64,000 nucleotides of DNA from an uncultured bacterium (lineage in GTDB: Bacteria; Patescibacteriota; Minisyncoccia; UBA6257; 2-01-FULL-56-20), in contig OY970175.1 of assembly GCA_963707865.1 (NCBI GenBank), positions 556,011 to 620,010 of the forward strand. Reading direction: 5' to 3'. Below the pieces are notes generated by a model, which saw only the letters and a list, made by a program, of their open reading frames with translations, was not told where the DNA came from and ran no database searches. A program made the position numbers and the translations under genes. Shown here one piece after another: positions 11,015-20,343 of the stretch (positions within the stretch are counted from its first letter, which is position 1; each line of letters opens with the position of its first letter).

Positions 11015-11596
11015 CTAAATCATCTTTTTCTTCCGGGCGGAGACGAGCAGCCGTTCATAAATCGTGAGGATTTTCTTGTCGTGCAACATGTAGTCGCGTT
11101 TGTATTTTTGAAGCTCGGCCTCGGTGATCCCGTGTTCCTTCCACGGAGGCGTGCCGGAGGCGAGACCTTGGAGCATGGGCTGCAAGCGGTCTATGGAAAT
11201 CGCCACTTTTGCCTCCTTGGTGCGCCCGGCTTCAAACTCCGCCCAGAGCCGGTGGAATTTCTTTTTGAGATCCGGCGGCAAACGCCCAAAGAGCTTTTTT
11301 GCCGCCACGTCCTCACGAGCCTTTTTGGACCTGCGCGCCGCATGGTCAAAAAGAAAAGTGTCGCCCGCGTAAATTTCCACAAGATCATGCGCGAGAATCA
11401 GTTCCAGTGTCCGCAAAAGATCGAGGCTGCGCGGCAAGTCCCTAGAAAGAACCATGGCCCACAGGGCGAGGTCATAAGAATGTTCTGCGCTGCTCTCCGG
11501 ACGCTTCCCGCCGGCAATCCTCGTCCGCCGCTCAACCAACTTCAATTTCGTGGCCTCTCCGAGAAACGAAAGTAGGGTATCAATTCTATCTTTCAT
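11015..11596 (-). CDS. HD-domain phosphohydrolase (YfbR-like 5'-deoxynucleotidase family)
   Basis: Contains ESSAEHSYDLAL...LAHDLVEIYAGD (HD motif). It lies inside the pur operon, overlapping purQ by 4 nt. Confidence 0.6.
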   Translation of the reverse strand: MKDRIDTLLSFLGEATKLKLVERRTRIAGGKRPESSAEHSYDLALWAMVLSRDLPRSLDLLRTLELILAHDLVEIYAGDTFLFDHAARRSKKAREDVAAKKLFGRLPPDLKKKFHRLWAEFEAGRTKEAKVAISIDRLQPMLQGLASGTPPWKEHGITEAELQKYKRDYMLHDKKILTIYERLLVSARKKKMI

Positions 11597-12363
11597 TTGA
11601 AATACCCGACGGCATTCTTGAAAACCTGGAGGCCGGGGCCATGGATGGGAAGCTTTTTCCCTGCGCGCTCCAATTTCTCTTTAAGGTAAGGCCAGTGCGG
11701 GAGCTGCGTGAAGAACATCGCGCGCTCGGGATGCGGCATCGTTCCCAAAATTCTCCCCTCGCGGGCGGTGATGGAGGCGATGTCCCTCATTGCGCCGTTC
11801 GGATTCGCGGCGAGATCTTGATATTTGCAAACTTCCCCTTTTATGTATTTTGCGGCGATTGCATGGCTTTTCTCCAAAACGGCAAGCGTCTTCGAATCCG
11901 CAAAGTATCTCCCCTCGCCATGCGCGATCGGAACCATAAGCGTCTTTATCCCGCGCATCCACGGCGTCTCGCCCACAATTTTCAAATCAACCCAACGGTC
12001 GGTGTACCGCGCGGAGGTGTTTGGAAGCAAAGCGCCGGGCAAAAGGCCGAGGTTCGTGAGGATTTGAAAGCCGTTGCAGATCCCGATTACGAGCCGGTCG
12101 CCGCTCACGAACTTTTCCAGTTCTTCGCGAAGATGATTCTTTAGCTTGTTGGCATACGCCTTGCCGGAGCCCGTGTCGTCGCCGTACGAAAATCCTCCGG
12201 GGATCGCAAGAATCTGATAATTTTTCAATTTTCCCTTTTCCGCAACAAGGTCGTTCACGTGGACAATGTCCGCACGCGCACCCGCGAGGTCAAACGCGTA
12301 TTTGGTCTCGTCCTCGCAATTGAGGCCGTATCCAGAAAGCACAATGGCGCGCGGTTGTTTCAT
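11593..12363 (-). CDS. purQ: FGAM synthase, glutamine amidotransferase subunit
   Basis: Class-I GATase: GICNGFQ (nucleophile Cys) and HGEGR/MPHPER at the C-terminus. Confidence 0.8.
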   Translation of the reverse strand: MKQPRAIVLSGYGLNCEDETKYAFDLAGARADIVHVNDLVAEKGKLKNYQILAIPGGFSYGDDTGSGKAYANKLKNHLREELEKFVSGDRLVIGICNGFQILTNLGLLPGALLPNTSARYTDRWVDLKIVGETPWMRGIKTLMVPIAHGEGRYFADSKTLAVLEKSHAIAAKYIKGEVCKYQDLAANPNGAMRDIASITAREGRILGTMPHPERAMFFTQLPHWPYLKEKLERAGKKLPIHGPGLQVFKNAVGYFK

Positions 12364-12365
12364 GG

Positions 12366-15299
12366 TTAATATCCTTTGAACATAGATTTATATGCGCGCA
12401 GCATCAGGGCGAGCGGCACTTTCGCCGTTTTTCTGCGACAGATGGAAACGTAGCTTTTGTTCGTCACGCGGCCGATGCAGGCGAACGAATTGCCGCGCAT
12501 TTTCTTCTCAAACTCACGGCGACGGCGCGGGGCGATAGTCGCGACGATTCTCCCTTGGCTTTCGGAAAACATCGCCGACTCATCGCTTGAAACCATTCCC
12601 GGCAGCTTGGCGAACGAAACATCCAAACCGAGCTTCCCCGCCATCGCCGTCTTCGCGAGCGCGACCGCAAGCCCACCCCTCTGCACGCCGATGGCCGAAG
12701 CCACCGTGCCTGCGCGCACGCACGAATAGAACGCATCGTACAACCGCTTGTTCTTCTTCGCGTCCACGTGCGGAACCCTTCCGGTTGAAAAATATTCGCT
12801 GCCACCAAGCTCATCAAAGGTATCGCCCAAAACATACACAAGGTCACCCGCCGACTTCGCGTCAAGCGACACCGACTTCGCGGCATCGGGAACAACGCCG
12901 ATCGCGGAGATCAAAAGCGTGGGTGGGATCGAAATTTTCAACGGTTTCCCGTTCGCATCGTACCCTTTGAAATCGTTGAACATACTGTCCTTTCCCGAAA
13001 TGAACGGCGTCCCGTATGCGACTGCGTAGTCGTAACATGCCTGCACGGCGCGCTTCAGTTGGAACAGCCGCTCCGGCTCATTGGAACTGCACCAGCAAAA
13101 ATTATCAAGTAGCGCAAGATAATCGGGGTCGGCACCCGCGGCCACGGCGGATCGGATCGCGGTATCAATCGCGCACGCCGCCATCGCGTAGGGATCGCGC
13201 TCCGAGTATGAGGGAACTATGCCTGACGAGAGCACCACCCCTTTAGGAGAATCAAGAACCGGGCGGAAAACCGACGCGTCCGCGTTCACCCTTCCCCTTC
13301 CGACGAGCGGCTTCAACACGGAACTTGCCTGCACCTCGTGATCGTATTGCATGGCAATAAACTCGGAACTTGCAATGTTCGGATGCGCGAGTATGTGGAA
13401 GACCGCTGCGCCGAGGTCGCGCTCCTCGCGAAGCGGCGAGTCGATGTCAGGTGGCAGCGGCTCGCGGGTCGTGAGCCGCTTCGTGGGCAGTCCTTCGTGG
13501 AGAAATTCCAAATCAACATCCATCGCGGTCTTCCCTTTGAACTTCACAACGCACTTCCCGGAATCCGTAAAGCACCCGATTACGGTTGCCTCAACACCGC
13601 GCGCGCGCAAAAGCTTGGAAAGTTCTTGCCAGTTGGATTTCGGAACGGCGAGCGTCATGCGCTCCTGCGATTCCGAAATCCAGATCTTCCACGGCTCAAG
13701 GCCAGGATATTTAAGCGGCACCTTATCCAAATCAACAAGGCATCCGTTGCACTCCTTCGCCATCTCGGCCACCGAGCACGACAGCCCTCCGGCGCCGTTG
13801 TCCGTAATGCTGTGATAGAGTTTACGGTCGCGCGCTTCTTTTATCAGGGCGTCGCTCATCTTCTTTTGCGTGATCGGATCGCCGATCTGCACCGCCGTCG
13901 CAGGACTTCCCGAATCCATCGCTTCCGAAGAAAATGTCGCACCATGGATGCCGTCCTGCCCCACGCGGCCGCCCGTCATCACGATGTAATCCCCCGCCTG
14001 CGCCCGCTTTTTATACAAAGACCTGCCCCCGTGCACGCGCGGGATGAGCCCCACCGTCCCCACAAAAACAAGTGGCTTCCCTCGGTAACGCTTGTCAAAA
14101 AGGACGAATCCCTGTGGTGTGGGGATGCCGGAGCAATTTCCACCGACGTTCACGCCCCTCACCACACCGTCCATGATCCGCCGCGCGGAAAGCATTTTCT
14201 GCTTTTTAGCCGCATCCCGGTAGAGCACGCTCGTATCGCGCGGGTCGGCGAAGCAAAAGCCGTACAGGTTCGCGACCGGCTTCGCGCCGAGCCCGAATCC
14301 CATCGTGTCGCGGTTCACGCCGACAATGCCCGTGACCGATCCGCCAAAAGGGTCAAGCGCGGAAGGACTGTTGTGCGTTTCCACCTTATGCGTGATTAAA
14401 TATTTATCATCAAACGCTATCGCGCCGGAATTGTCAGTGAAAACCGAAACACAAAAATCTTTTTTGCCTTTCTTCTTGCGGATGTCATTCGTCGCTTGTT
14501 TGATGTACGAACGAAAGAGGCCTCCTTTCACCTCGTCAATTGGATCCGCGAAGATTGTGTGTTTGCAATGCTCCGACCACGTCTGCGCGAGTGATTCAAC
14601 CTCCACGTCAGTCGGCTTGCGCTTTTTCTTCGTGAAGTAATCGCGAATCGCCTTCATACTCGGAAGATCAAGCGCGAGCGGCCCGTTCCGCGTCCCGTCT
14701 TTGTTCTGAATCCCTTCCTTCCCAATGCGGGAGAGCTCTTCGTCGCTCACTTCCAAATTTACGGCCTCCACGGACGGTTTCGTGCGAAGATTCACCTTTG
14801 GAACCGCCGCCCCCATTCCCTTATCGCGCTTGAATTCGCTGGCGCTCTTGATCCGCGCACGCTGGATGAGCGGGTTATAAAGACCTTCGGCAATTGCCGC
14901 TACATCCTCTTTGGGCAATCTTCCCGAGAGGAAGAGAACCTGCGAGGAATATACACCCTGGCCGTTTTTACATTTCCTTCCCAGGAAATCTTCTATCGTT
15001 TCGCGGGCGGTCGTGCCCACGTTGTCGGTCACGCCCGGGAGAAATCCGACCTCAACCGCCCACGCAAACTTCTTTGGCGCCTCGGCAGAATTAATTACCG
15101 CTCGTTCAACGAGCGGGTTTTCAAAAAGTGCGGCGACTCCCTTGCGCTCTTTTGTCGTGAGCGGCATGTCCACCACGTATGAATCCGCAAGCGCGACGCC
15201 GGCAATCTTCCCTTTGAAGCCGCGGTCTTCAAGCTGCCGCCGATACACCTCGGCCCGCGTGTCAGGTACTTTATATCTGACGTCTATGCGCACAGCCAT
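12366..15299 (-). CDS. purL: FGAM synthase II with N-terminal PurS-like domain (purS-purL fusion, 977 aa)
   Basis: Residues 1-70 look like PurS (...LFENPLVE, compare PurS LLANPVIE). The rest is the PurL/AIRS-like double domain with Gly-rich ATP loops (VGLIPRVHGG, VLGDTFDELGGSEYF). Confidence 0.8.
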   Translation of the reverse strand: MAVRIDVRYKVPDTRAEVYRRQLEDRGFKGKIAGVALADSYVVDMPLTTKERKGVAALFENPLVERAVINSAEAPKKFAWAVEVGFLPGVTDNVGTTARETIEDFLGRKCKNGQGVYSSQVLFLSGRLPKEDVAAIAEGLYNPLIQRARIKSASEFKRDKGMGAAVPKVNLRTKPSVEAVNLEVSDEELSRIGKEGIQNKDGTRNGPLALDLPSMKAIRDYFTKKKRKPTDVEVESLAQTWSEHCKHTIFADPIDEVKGGLFRSYIKQATNDIRKKKGKKDFCVSVFTDNSGAIAFDDKYLITHKVETHNSPSALDPFGGSVTGIVGVNRDTMGFGLGAKPVANLYGFCFADPRDTSVLYRDAAKKQKMLSARRIMDGVVRGVNVGGNCSGIPTPQGFVLFDKRYRGKPLVFVGTVGLIPRVHGGRSLYKKRAQAGDYIVMTGGRVGQDGIHGATFSSEAMDSGSPATAVQIGDPITQKKMSDALIKEARDRKLYHSITDNGAGGLSCSVAEMAKECNGCLVDLDKVPLKYPGLEPWKIWISESQERMTLAVPKSNWQELSKLLRARGVEATVIGCFTDSGKCVVKFKGKTAMDVDLEFLHEGLPTKRLTTREPLPPDIDSPLREERDLGAAVFHILAHPNIASSEFIAMQYDHEVQASSVLKPLVGRGRVNADASVFRPVLDSPKGVVLSSGIVPSYSERDPYAMAACAIDTAIRSAVAAGADPDYLALLDNFCWCSSNEPERLFQLKRAVQACYDYAVAYGTPFISGKDSMFNDFKGYDANGKPLKISIPPTLLISAIGVVPDAAKSVSLDAKSAGDLVYVLGDTFDELGGSEYFSTGRVPHVDAKKNKRLYDAFYSCVRAGTVASAIGVQRGGLAVALAKTAMAGKLGLDVSFAKLPGMVSSDESAMFSESQGRIVATIAPRRRREFEKKMRGNSFACIGRVTNKSYVSICRRKTAKVPLALMLRAYKSMFKGY

Positions 15300-15443
15300 T
15301 TCCTTAATTCAGAGTATATCACATCCCTGCCTTAATCCATTACTCGCACTACAGATAACAAACTAAGGTAGAGAGGGAATCTGCGCATACGATCATTGAT
15401 CGCCACACATACTCCCTCACCCAACCTTCCTTCATTCCTCCTT

Positions 15444-15752
15444 CTACTGAGAAACAACAGTGGCCCTTGTCCTCGCTTGGGCCATGGCGGTGAACTGTTG
15501 CCCAAGAAAGAGTAAAAAGTCGCCCGCCATCTCCTCGGCGACCGTCACTTTTTCATCCTTCGGGTCATACTCAGCCGGCATCACCCAGGCGACCTGAGTA
15601 ATCCATGAAGCCCGGCCCTTCATGATTTCTCGGACTATCTCCTCCGGCTCGTGGACATACGTCTCTTCCCAGTCACCATGGTGAGACCGCAAACACCAAT
15701 TGCGGTCGATGTGGCAATCCCTTGCCTCGTTCAGCAAAACAAGCCCCTTCAT
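15444..15752 (-). CDS. hypothetical protein (102 aa)
   Basis: ORF only. It is acidic and sits upstream of the pur operon on the same strand. Confidence 0.3.
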   Translation of the reverse strand: MKGLVLLNEARDCHIDRNWCLRSHHGDWEETYVHEPEEIVREIMKGRASWITQVAWVMPAEYDPKDEKVTVAEEMAGDFLLFLGQQFTAMAQARTRATVVSQ

Positions 15753-15873
15753 GATTCACCCCAAGCAGAATGAAGTCAGACGATCCTCTGTCCGCTGCGG
15801 AAAGCTTATCAAAACCAATACCGTTGTCAATATAATTTGCGTCCCAGATTGCAAGGTCTGTTAGAATGAGGAT

Positions 15874-16458
15874 ATGGAGAAGGGCAAACCGCGACCCGGA
15901 CTTCCACCGAACGCACATCTTGTCTTTAAGGGCGTGATCTTTGAAGTGTGGCAATGGGAACAGGAAATGTTTGATGGAACAACAGAAATTTTTGAAAGGG
16001 TATGGCGGCCGCCGGCAGTAGAGGTCATCGCAACAGTCGGCGACAAGATCCTTATCGAAGACCAAGACCAGCCCGACCGGCCAGACAATATCAATTTCCC
16101 GAGCGGCAGAGCGGACAAAAACGACGATCCGCTCTTAGAAGCGAAGCGGGAGTTACTTGAAGAAACCGGCTATGAATCGGCTGACTGGCAGTTATTCATG
16201 AAACACGCAAGAGACGGAAAGGTAATGCAAGACAGTTATTTCTTTATCGCAAGAAATTGTAAAAAGACTGGCGAGCCGCACCTTGATCCCGGAGAAAAGA
16301 TAGAAACGAGGCTCGTCACGTTTGACGAGCTCATCGCCCTCGCCGACGAGCCACGCTTCTGGATATTTCCCGAATTCATCAGTTACCTCCTCCGGCTGCG
16401 GCTTGACCCCGCGAAGAAACAGGAATTCAAAATACTGCTCTTCCCCTATACACATTGA
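15874..16458 (+). CDS. NUDIX hydrolase
   Basis: Nudix box GRADKNDDPLLEAKRELLEETGY (Gx5Ex7REUxEExGU). Confidence 0.75.
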   Translation: MEKGKPRPGLPPNAHLVFKGVIFEVWQWEQEMFDGTTEIFERVWRPPAVEVIATVGDKILIEDQDQPDRPDNINFPSGRADKNDDPLLEAKRELLEETGYESADWQLFMKHARDGKVMQDSYFFIARNCKKTGEPHLDPGEKIETRLVTFDELIALADEPRFWIFPEFISYLLRLRLDPAKKQEFKILLFPYTH

Positions 16459-16530
16459 CTGCGTTCTAATTCGTTGCTATAAATTCTCATAGATAGAGAG
16501 AGAGAGAAGGGAAAACGGGAGGTGATCCTG

Positions 16531-16872
16531 ATGGTCACTGCAAACATTCGCAAGGTGGATGGCATCCGTGTTGTTGATCTGATTGGGCGACTCGTTTTGG
16601 AGGATGAGGTTGCCCGTGTCAGGGAAGTGCTTTGCGATCTGCTGCTTGAAGAAAATCGCAACGTCCTTGTAAACCTCGAGGGGGTTTCCAGCATTAATAG
16701 CATGGGCATCGCAGGCTTGATCCGCGCTGCCACCACCGCGAGATTTAGCGGCAGAGACGTAAAGCTACTCAAGGTGCCTGTTGTCGTCAGAACCTTGGAT
16801 GTCGATCGGCTCCTGTTCTCCTTTTTTGAAACATTCCAAATAGAGGAAGCAGGAGTGGCCAGCTTTCATTAA
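16531..16872 (+). CDS. STAS-domain anti-sigma-factor antagonist (SpoIIAA-like)
   Basis: GVSSINSMGIAGLIRA is STAS-like. GGAGG sits 10 nt upstream of the ATG at 16531. The track start at 16522 is a GTG. Confidence 0.7.
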   Translation: MVTANIRKVDGIRVVDLIGRLVLEDEVARVREVLCDLLLEENRNVLVNLEGVSSINSMGIAGLIRAATTARFSGRDVKLLKVPVVVRTLDVDRLLFSFFETFQIEEAGVASFH

Positions 16873-17041
16873 TCTCATCCATTCATAACGACCACAACGC
16901 GAACGCGGGCATACCTCAACTCAACACTTGCCCGCACTTCCTAAGCACGGAACGATGGTTGCGTTTTTAGGAAGAGTTGGTATTGACGATTGCGTCACTA
17001 TTTGCATATAGTAGTGGCGGGAGACGGAAGGAGGAAAAGTT

Positions 17042-17410
17042 ATGATCATAGATTTTTCCGAGCCGATTGCCATCTGGGAGATCGGCCTGGCAATGATCAT
17101 CACCGCCAACGGGGGGAACGGTGGATTCAAAGATTGTACCGGTGTTCTTGAAACTTTTTTCCAGAGGCACCGGTCGTCAATGTCGTTCATCTTGCCGGGA
17201 TACGTAAGCCCCGAGGTTTATCAAGCGACCGCAGAACTTGATAAGCTTGAGCGAGCTAACTACATAGTCCGTCAAGGGGGCCTGCTCACCGTAACGCCCA
17301 TCGGAATCAATTACTTCAAAGAGCACCTCGCATATCGATTCCATGGGGCGAAAGGAGAAGAACTCCACAAGCTTGCGGCGGAATTCCGCAAGCAGTTCGC
17401 CACCGAATAA
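17042..17410 (+). CDS. hypothetical protein (122 aa)
   Basis: Good RBS (GGAAGGAGGAAAAG) and an upstream TTGACG -35-like box. No family recognised. Confidence 0.45.
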   Translation: MIIDFSEPIAIWEIGLAMIITANGGNGGFKDCTGVLETFFQRHRSSMSFILPGYVSPEVYQATAELDKLERANYIVRQGGLLTVTPIGINYFKEHLAYRFHGAKGEELHKLAAEFRKQFATE

Positions 17411-17518
17411 GGCGGTAGACCGCGACCGGCCCGTTGAGAGTCTTAACCTCCGGCGGGCCGCGTACTTTATTTGTTAGATTTATGGGTTGCCCCTCTTGAG
17501 GTATATGAGGTATATATA

Positions 17519-18478
17519 ATGAACGCAAATAGTATGAAAAACATCGTCACTATCGGAGGCGGTACCGGCAGCTTTAATGTCTTGAGCGCCCTTAAGGGAT
17601 ACCCGGTACATCTCACTGCCATTGTCGCCATGTCTGATGACGGCAAATCTACTGGCCTCCTGCGCGATCAATACGGCGTCCTTCCGCCGGGCGATGTCCG
17701 GAGAGCACTCGTCGCCCTTTCGGAGTCAAGCGCGGTTATGCGTGATCTTTTTAATTACCGCTTCGTAAATGGAGGACTTGAGGGATATAGTTTCGGCAGT
17801 CTGTTCATCGCAACCCTCGAAAAGGTAACTGGTAGTTTTTCGGCAGCCCTCAAGGAGGCATCAGGCATCTTGAAAATACGGGGAGAAGTGGCGCCGGTGA
17901 CACTAGATAATATCCGCCTGTGCGCGCGTCTTCAAGACGGAGAAGTCATCCACGGTGAAAAAAATATTGACATTCCTCACGTGCCCCCCCGTTCCCCCAT
18001 AGAAAAAGTGTGGCTTGAGCCCGCCGCGCGTATGAACCCGAATCTGCGGCGCATTTTCAAAAACGCCGACCTGATCGTGATTGGTCCGGGCGATCTCTAC
18101 ACGAGCGTAGTACCGAATTTGCTGGTCCGCGGCGTGCGGGAGGAGATCAAAAAATCAAAGGCGAAGAAAGTGTTTCTCTGCAACCTTATGACAAAGCAGG
18201 GCGAGACGGACAATTTCACGGCGGAGGACTTTTTGAACACGATTGAAAAATATCTCGGTAACAACGTACTTGATTTTGCGGTTTTCAACAAAAAGCGGCC
18301 GCAGCGGCAGCTGCTCAAAAAATACGGGGAGGAGGGCGCGCGCTTCGTAACTCCGCCAAAGGGATCCATAAGAAACCGCAAGCCCGTCTATCTCATCGCG
18401 GATGTTCTTGATGGTTCCCGCTTCATCCGCCACGGTTCTCCTCAAAAGCTCGGGAAATTGCTTTTTTCCCTTCTCTAA
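17519..18478 (+). CDS. YvcK/CofD-family protein (gluconeogenesis-factor / UPF0052 family)
   Basis: Starts NIVTIGGGTGSFNVLSALK. Contains the conserved MSDDG and IVIGPGDLYTS blocks. The start is taken at the internal Met MNANSMKNIV. Confidence 0.75.
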   Translation: MNANSMKNIVTIGGGTGSFNVLSALKGYPVHLTAIVAMSDDGKSTGLLRDQYGVLPPGDVRRALVALSESSAVMRDLFNYRFVNGGLEGYSFGSLFIATLEKVTGSFSAALKEASGILKIRGEVAPVTLDNIRLCARLQDGEVIHGEKNIDIPHVPPRSPIEKVWLEPAARMNPNLRRIFKNADLIVIGPGDLYTSVVPNLLVRGVREEIKKSKAKKVFLCNLMTKQGETDNFTAEDFLNTIEKYLGNNVLDFAVFNKKRPQRQLLKKYGEEGARFVTPPKGSIRNRKPVYLIADVLDGSRFIRHGSPQKLGKLLFSLL

Positions 18479-18536
18479 ACGAAAATACCTCGGGAATGCG
18501 GAGCCCACTCGCATACGCCATAGCCCCTATGGCGGC

Positions 18537-19328
18537 TTACGAAAGGAGCACCCCTCCGTCAACGACAACCTGGCTTCCTGTCATATAGGAAGACATGTCG
18601 GAAGCAAGGAAAAGCGCAACCTTGCCGATGTCATCCGGCTCCCCCATCCGCTTCATAGGAATCCTTGCGAGAAAACTTGCGAGCATCTTAGCCATATCAA
18701 CACCCCCTGGCGCCTGCGCCGCCTTCTGCATTCCGGTGGCCCCAGGCGTCGCAATCCCTCCCGGCGCGATCGCATTCACCCAAATGCGGTGCGGCGCGAG
18801 TTCCAACGCCACGTTCTTCGTGAATCCCCACGCACCATGCTTTGAGGCGTCATAATGCGCAAGACCGATGGACGAAGGATGGAGAGCATCAATGGAAGTG
18901 ATATTAATGATCTTCCCCCCGCGTCCCTGCGCGATCATCCGCTCGGCAACTTTCTTCGTGCACAGAAACAGGCCCTTCAAATTGATGGCGAGCACCCGAT
19001 CAAAATCGGCGGCGGTCATGTTCATCACGAGAATGCTCGGATAGATGCCCGCATTGTTCACAAGAATGTCTACGCCGCCGAACGCCTCCGTTGCTTTCCC
19101 CACCATGCGCTCCACGTCCGCCTCATTGGACACGTCAGCCTGCACCGCGTCCGCTTTCCAACCGTCCGCCAGAAGTTCCTGCTTCGCCTTCTCCGCGTTC
19201 TCGGCATTCACGTCCGCGACGAGCACGTTCGCCCCCGCTTCCGCCAACCGGCGACTGATCCCGAAGCCAATGCCCACCGCCCCGCCCGTCACAATCGCAG
19301 TTTTTCCCGAAAGATTGAGTAATTCCAT
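18537..19328 (-). CDS. SDR-family oxidoreductase (FabG-like)
   Basis: Contains TGGAVGIG and NNAG, plus the catalytic Y-x3-K (YDASKHG). Confidence 0.85.
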   Translation of the reverse strand: MELLNLSGKTAIVTGGAVGIGFGISRRLAEAGANVLVADVNAENAEKAKQELLADGWKADAVQADVSNEADVERMVGKATEAFGGVDILVNNAGIYPSILVMNMTAADFDRVLAINLKGLFLCTKKVAERMIAQGRGGKIINITSIDALHPSSIGLAHYDASKHGAWGFTKNVALELAPHRIWVNAIAPGGIATPGATGMQKAAQAPGGVDMAKMLASFLARIPMKRMGEPDDIGKVALFLASDMSSYMTGSQVVVDGGVLLS

Positions 19329-19342
19329 GGGATTGCCATCTA

Positions 19343-19606
19343 TTGTACCACAATAATGCCGGCGGCCGGAAGTGGTATAATGGCAATGTGCGGAAAAAGG
19401 ATGCCATCTATGATGCGGAGAAACTCGCCCGGTTTTTTGGCGTCACAAAAAAGACAGTGTGGGACTGGTGCAAACGCGGCAAGCTCCCCGGTTTCAAGAT
19501 CGGGAAACAATGGAAGGTGCGCGTGGCGGATTTACAAAAGATGATTGACCGGAAAATATGGCGCCAAAAGGAAGGTGCGTCGCCGGCAACCCCGAAATTA
19601 TTTTAA
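19343..19606 (+). CDS. small HTH DNA-binding protein (excisionase/MerR-like)
   Basis: FFGVTKKTVWDWCKRGKLPGFKIGKQWKV matches the excisionase-family HTH pattern. Confidence 0.45.
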   Translation: MYHNNAGGRKWYNGNVRKKDAIYDAEKLARFFGVTKKTVWDWCKRGKLPGFKIGKQWKVRVADLQKMIDRKIWRQKEGASPATPKLF

Positions 19607-19634
19607 AGGTCGAAAAAAATCATTCATCATTCCC

Positions 19635-19781
19635 ATGTGGAAGCAATGGGTTAATTTCATCCTCGGCATTCTCGTTGTGGTTTTCGCGTACGCAAGCAGT
19701 GGCCATACCTTGCGCTTTGTGATCGCTGGTGTTTTGATCGCAGTGCTCGCGCTCTGGACCGCGCTACAAAAGAAAGCGTAA
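19635..19781 (+). CDS. small two-helix membrane protein (about 48 aa)
   Basis: The hydrophobic stretch WVNFILGILVVVFAYASSGHTLRFVIAGVLIAVLALW lies within the track ORF 19545..19781. Confidence 0.3.
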   Translation: MWKQWVNFILGILVVVFAYASSGHTLRFVIAGVLIAVLALWTALQKKA

Positions 19782-19788
19782 ACCACAC

Positions 19789-20238
19789 ATGAAAGTCCGC
19801 GAGGTAATGATCTCGCCGGTCGTAACGGTATCGCCGAAAACGACGTACGAAGAAACGGCGGCGATTCTCCATAAACATCAGATAAGCGGCGTGCCGGTCG
19901 TGAATGGTCGCGGGAAGCTTGCAGGCATCGTTTCTGAAAAAGATCTCTTCCGCGCGATGTATCCTCTTTATGAGGAATACCTCCTGGAACCACACGCGTA
20001 CTACAATCAAGAGCTCCAGGAAGAGGAAATCCGAGCGATCCGCACGCAACCCGTAGAAAAATATATGAGCACGCAGGTGGTCACGATTGATGCCGAGGCC
20101 TCCATCCTCCACGCCGGAGGCCTCATGCTCGCACGAGGTTTCCACCGGCTGCCGGTGCTCCACGAAGGCAAGCTCGTCGGTATCGTAAGCCGCGAGGACA
20201 TTTACGGCGCCATCCTCAAAAAACATCTCAATTTGTGA
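19789..20238 (+). CDS. CBS-pair domain protein
   Basis: Two CBS motifs (ISGVPVVNGRGKLAGIVSEKD and HRLPVLHEGKLVGIVSRED). Confidence 0.75.
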   Translation: MKVREVMISPVVTVSPKTTYEETAAILHKHQISGVPVVNGRGKLAGIVSEKDLFRAMYPLYEEYLLEPHAYYNQELQEEEIRAIRTQPVEKYMSTQVVTIDAEASILHAGGLMLARGFHRLPVLHEGKLVGIVSREDIYGAILKKHLNL

Positions 20239-20313
20239 CCCCGAAAGCCCCCTCTTGCGTTTTTTAACGGCCTGTGCTATCATACCATTACCTACAAAGT
20301 AGAAATGTGATAT

Positions 20314-20336
20314 GCCCCGAAAGGGGCGTTTTTGTT
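20314..20336 (+). terminator. intrinsic terminator after the CBS gene
   Basis: GCCCCGAAAGGGGC hairpin followed by GTTTTTGTT. Confidence 0.6.
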
Positions 20337-20343
20337 GGAAAAC

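Noticed and set aside
13338-14399. Long plus-strand ORFs (353, 371, 395, 266 aa and so on) antisense to purL, purN/purF, the GH130 genes and guaB
   Set aside because: Their translations are Arg/Pro/Ala-rich and low-complexity, typical of shadow ORFs on the opposite strand of GC-rich genes. The minus-strand products have clear family signatures.
15300-15443. Possible purine riboswitch or PurR box in the purL leader
   Set aside because: Neither strand shows the purine-aptamer conserved loops (UAUA...GGGAUAUGGCCC...GUUUCUACC). No PUR box palindrome was recognised either.
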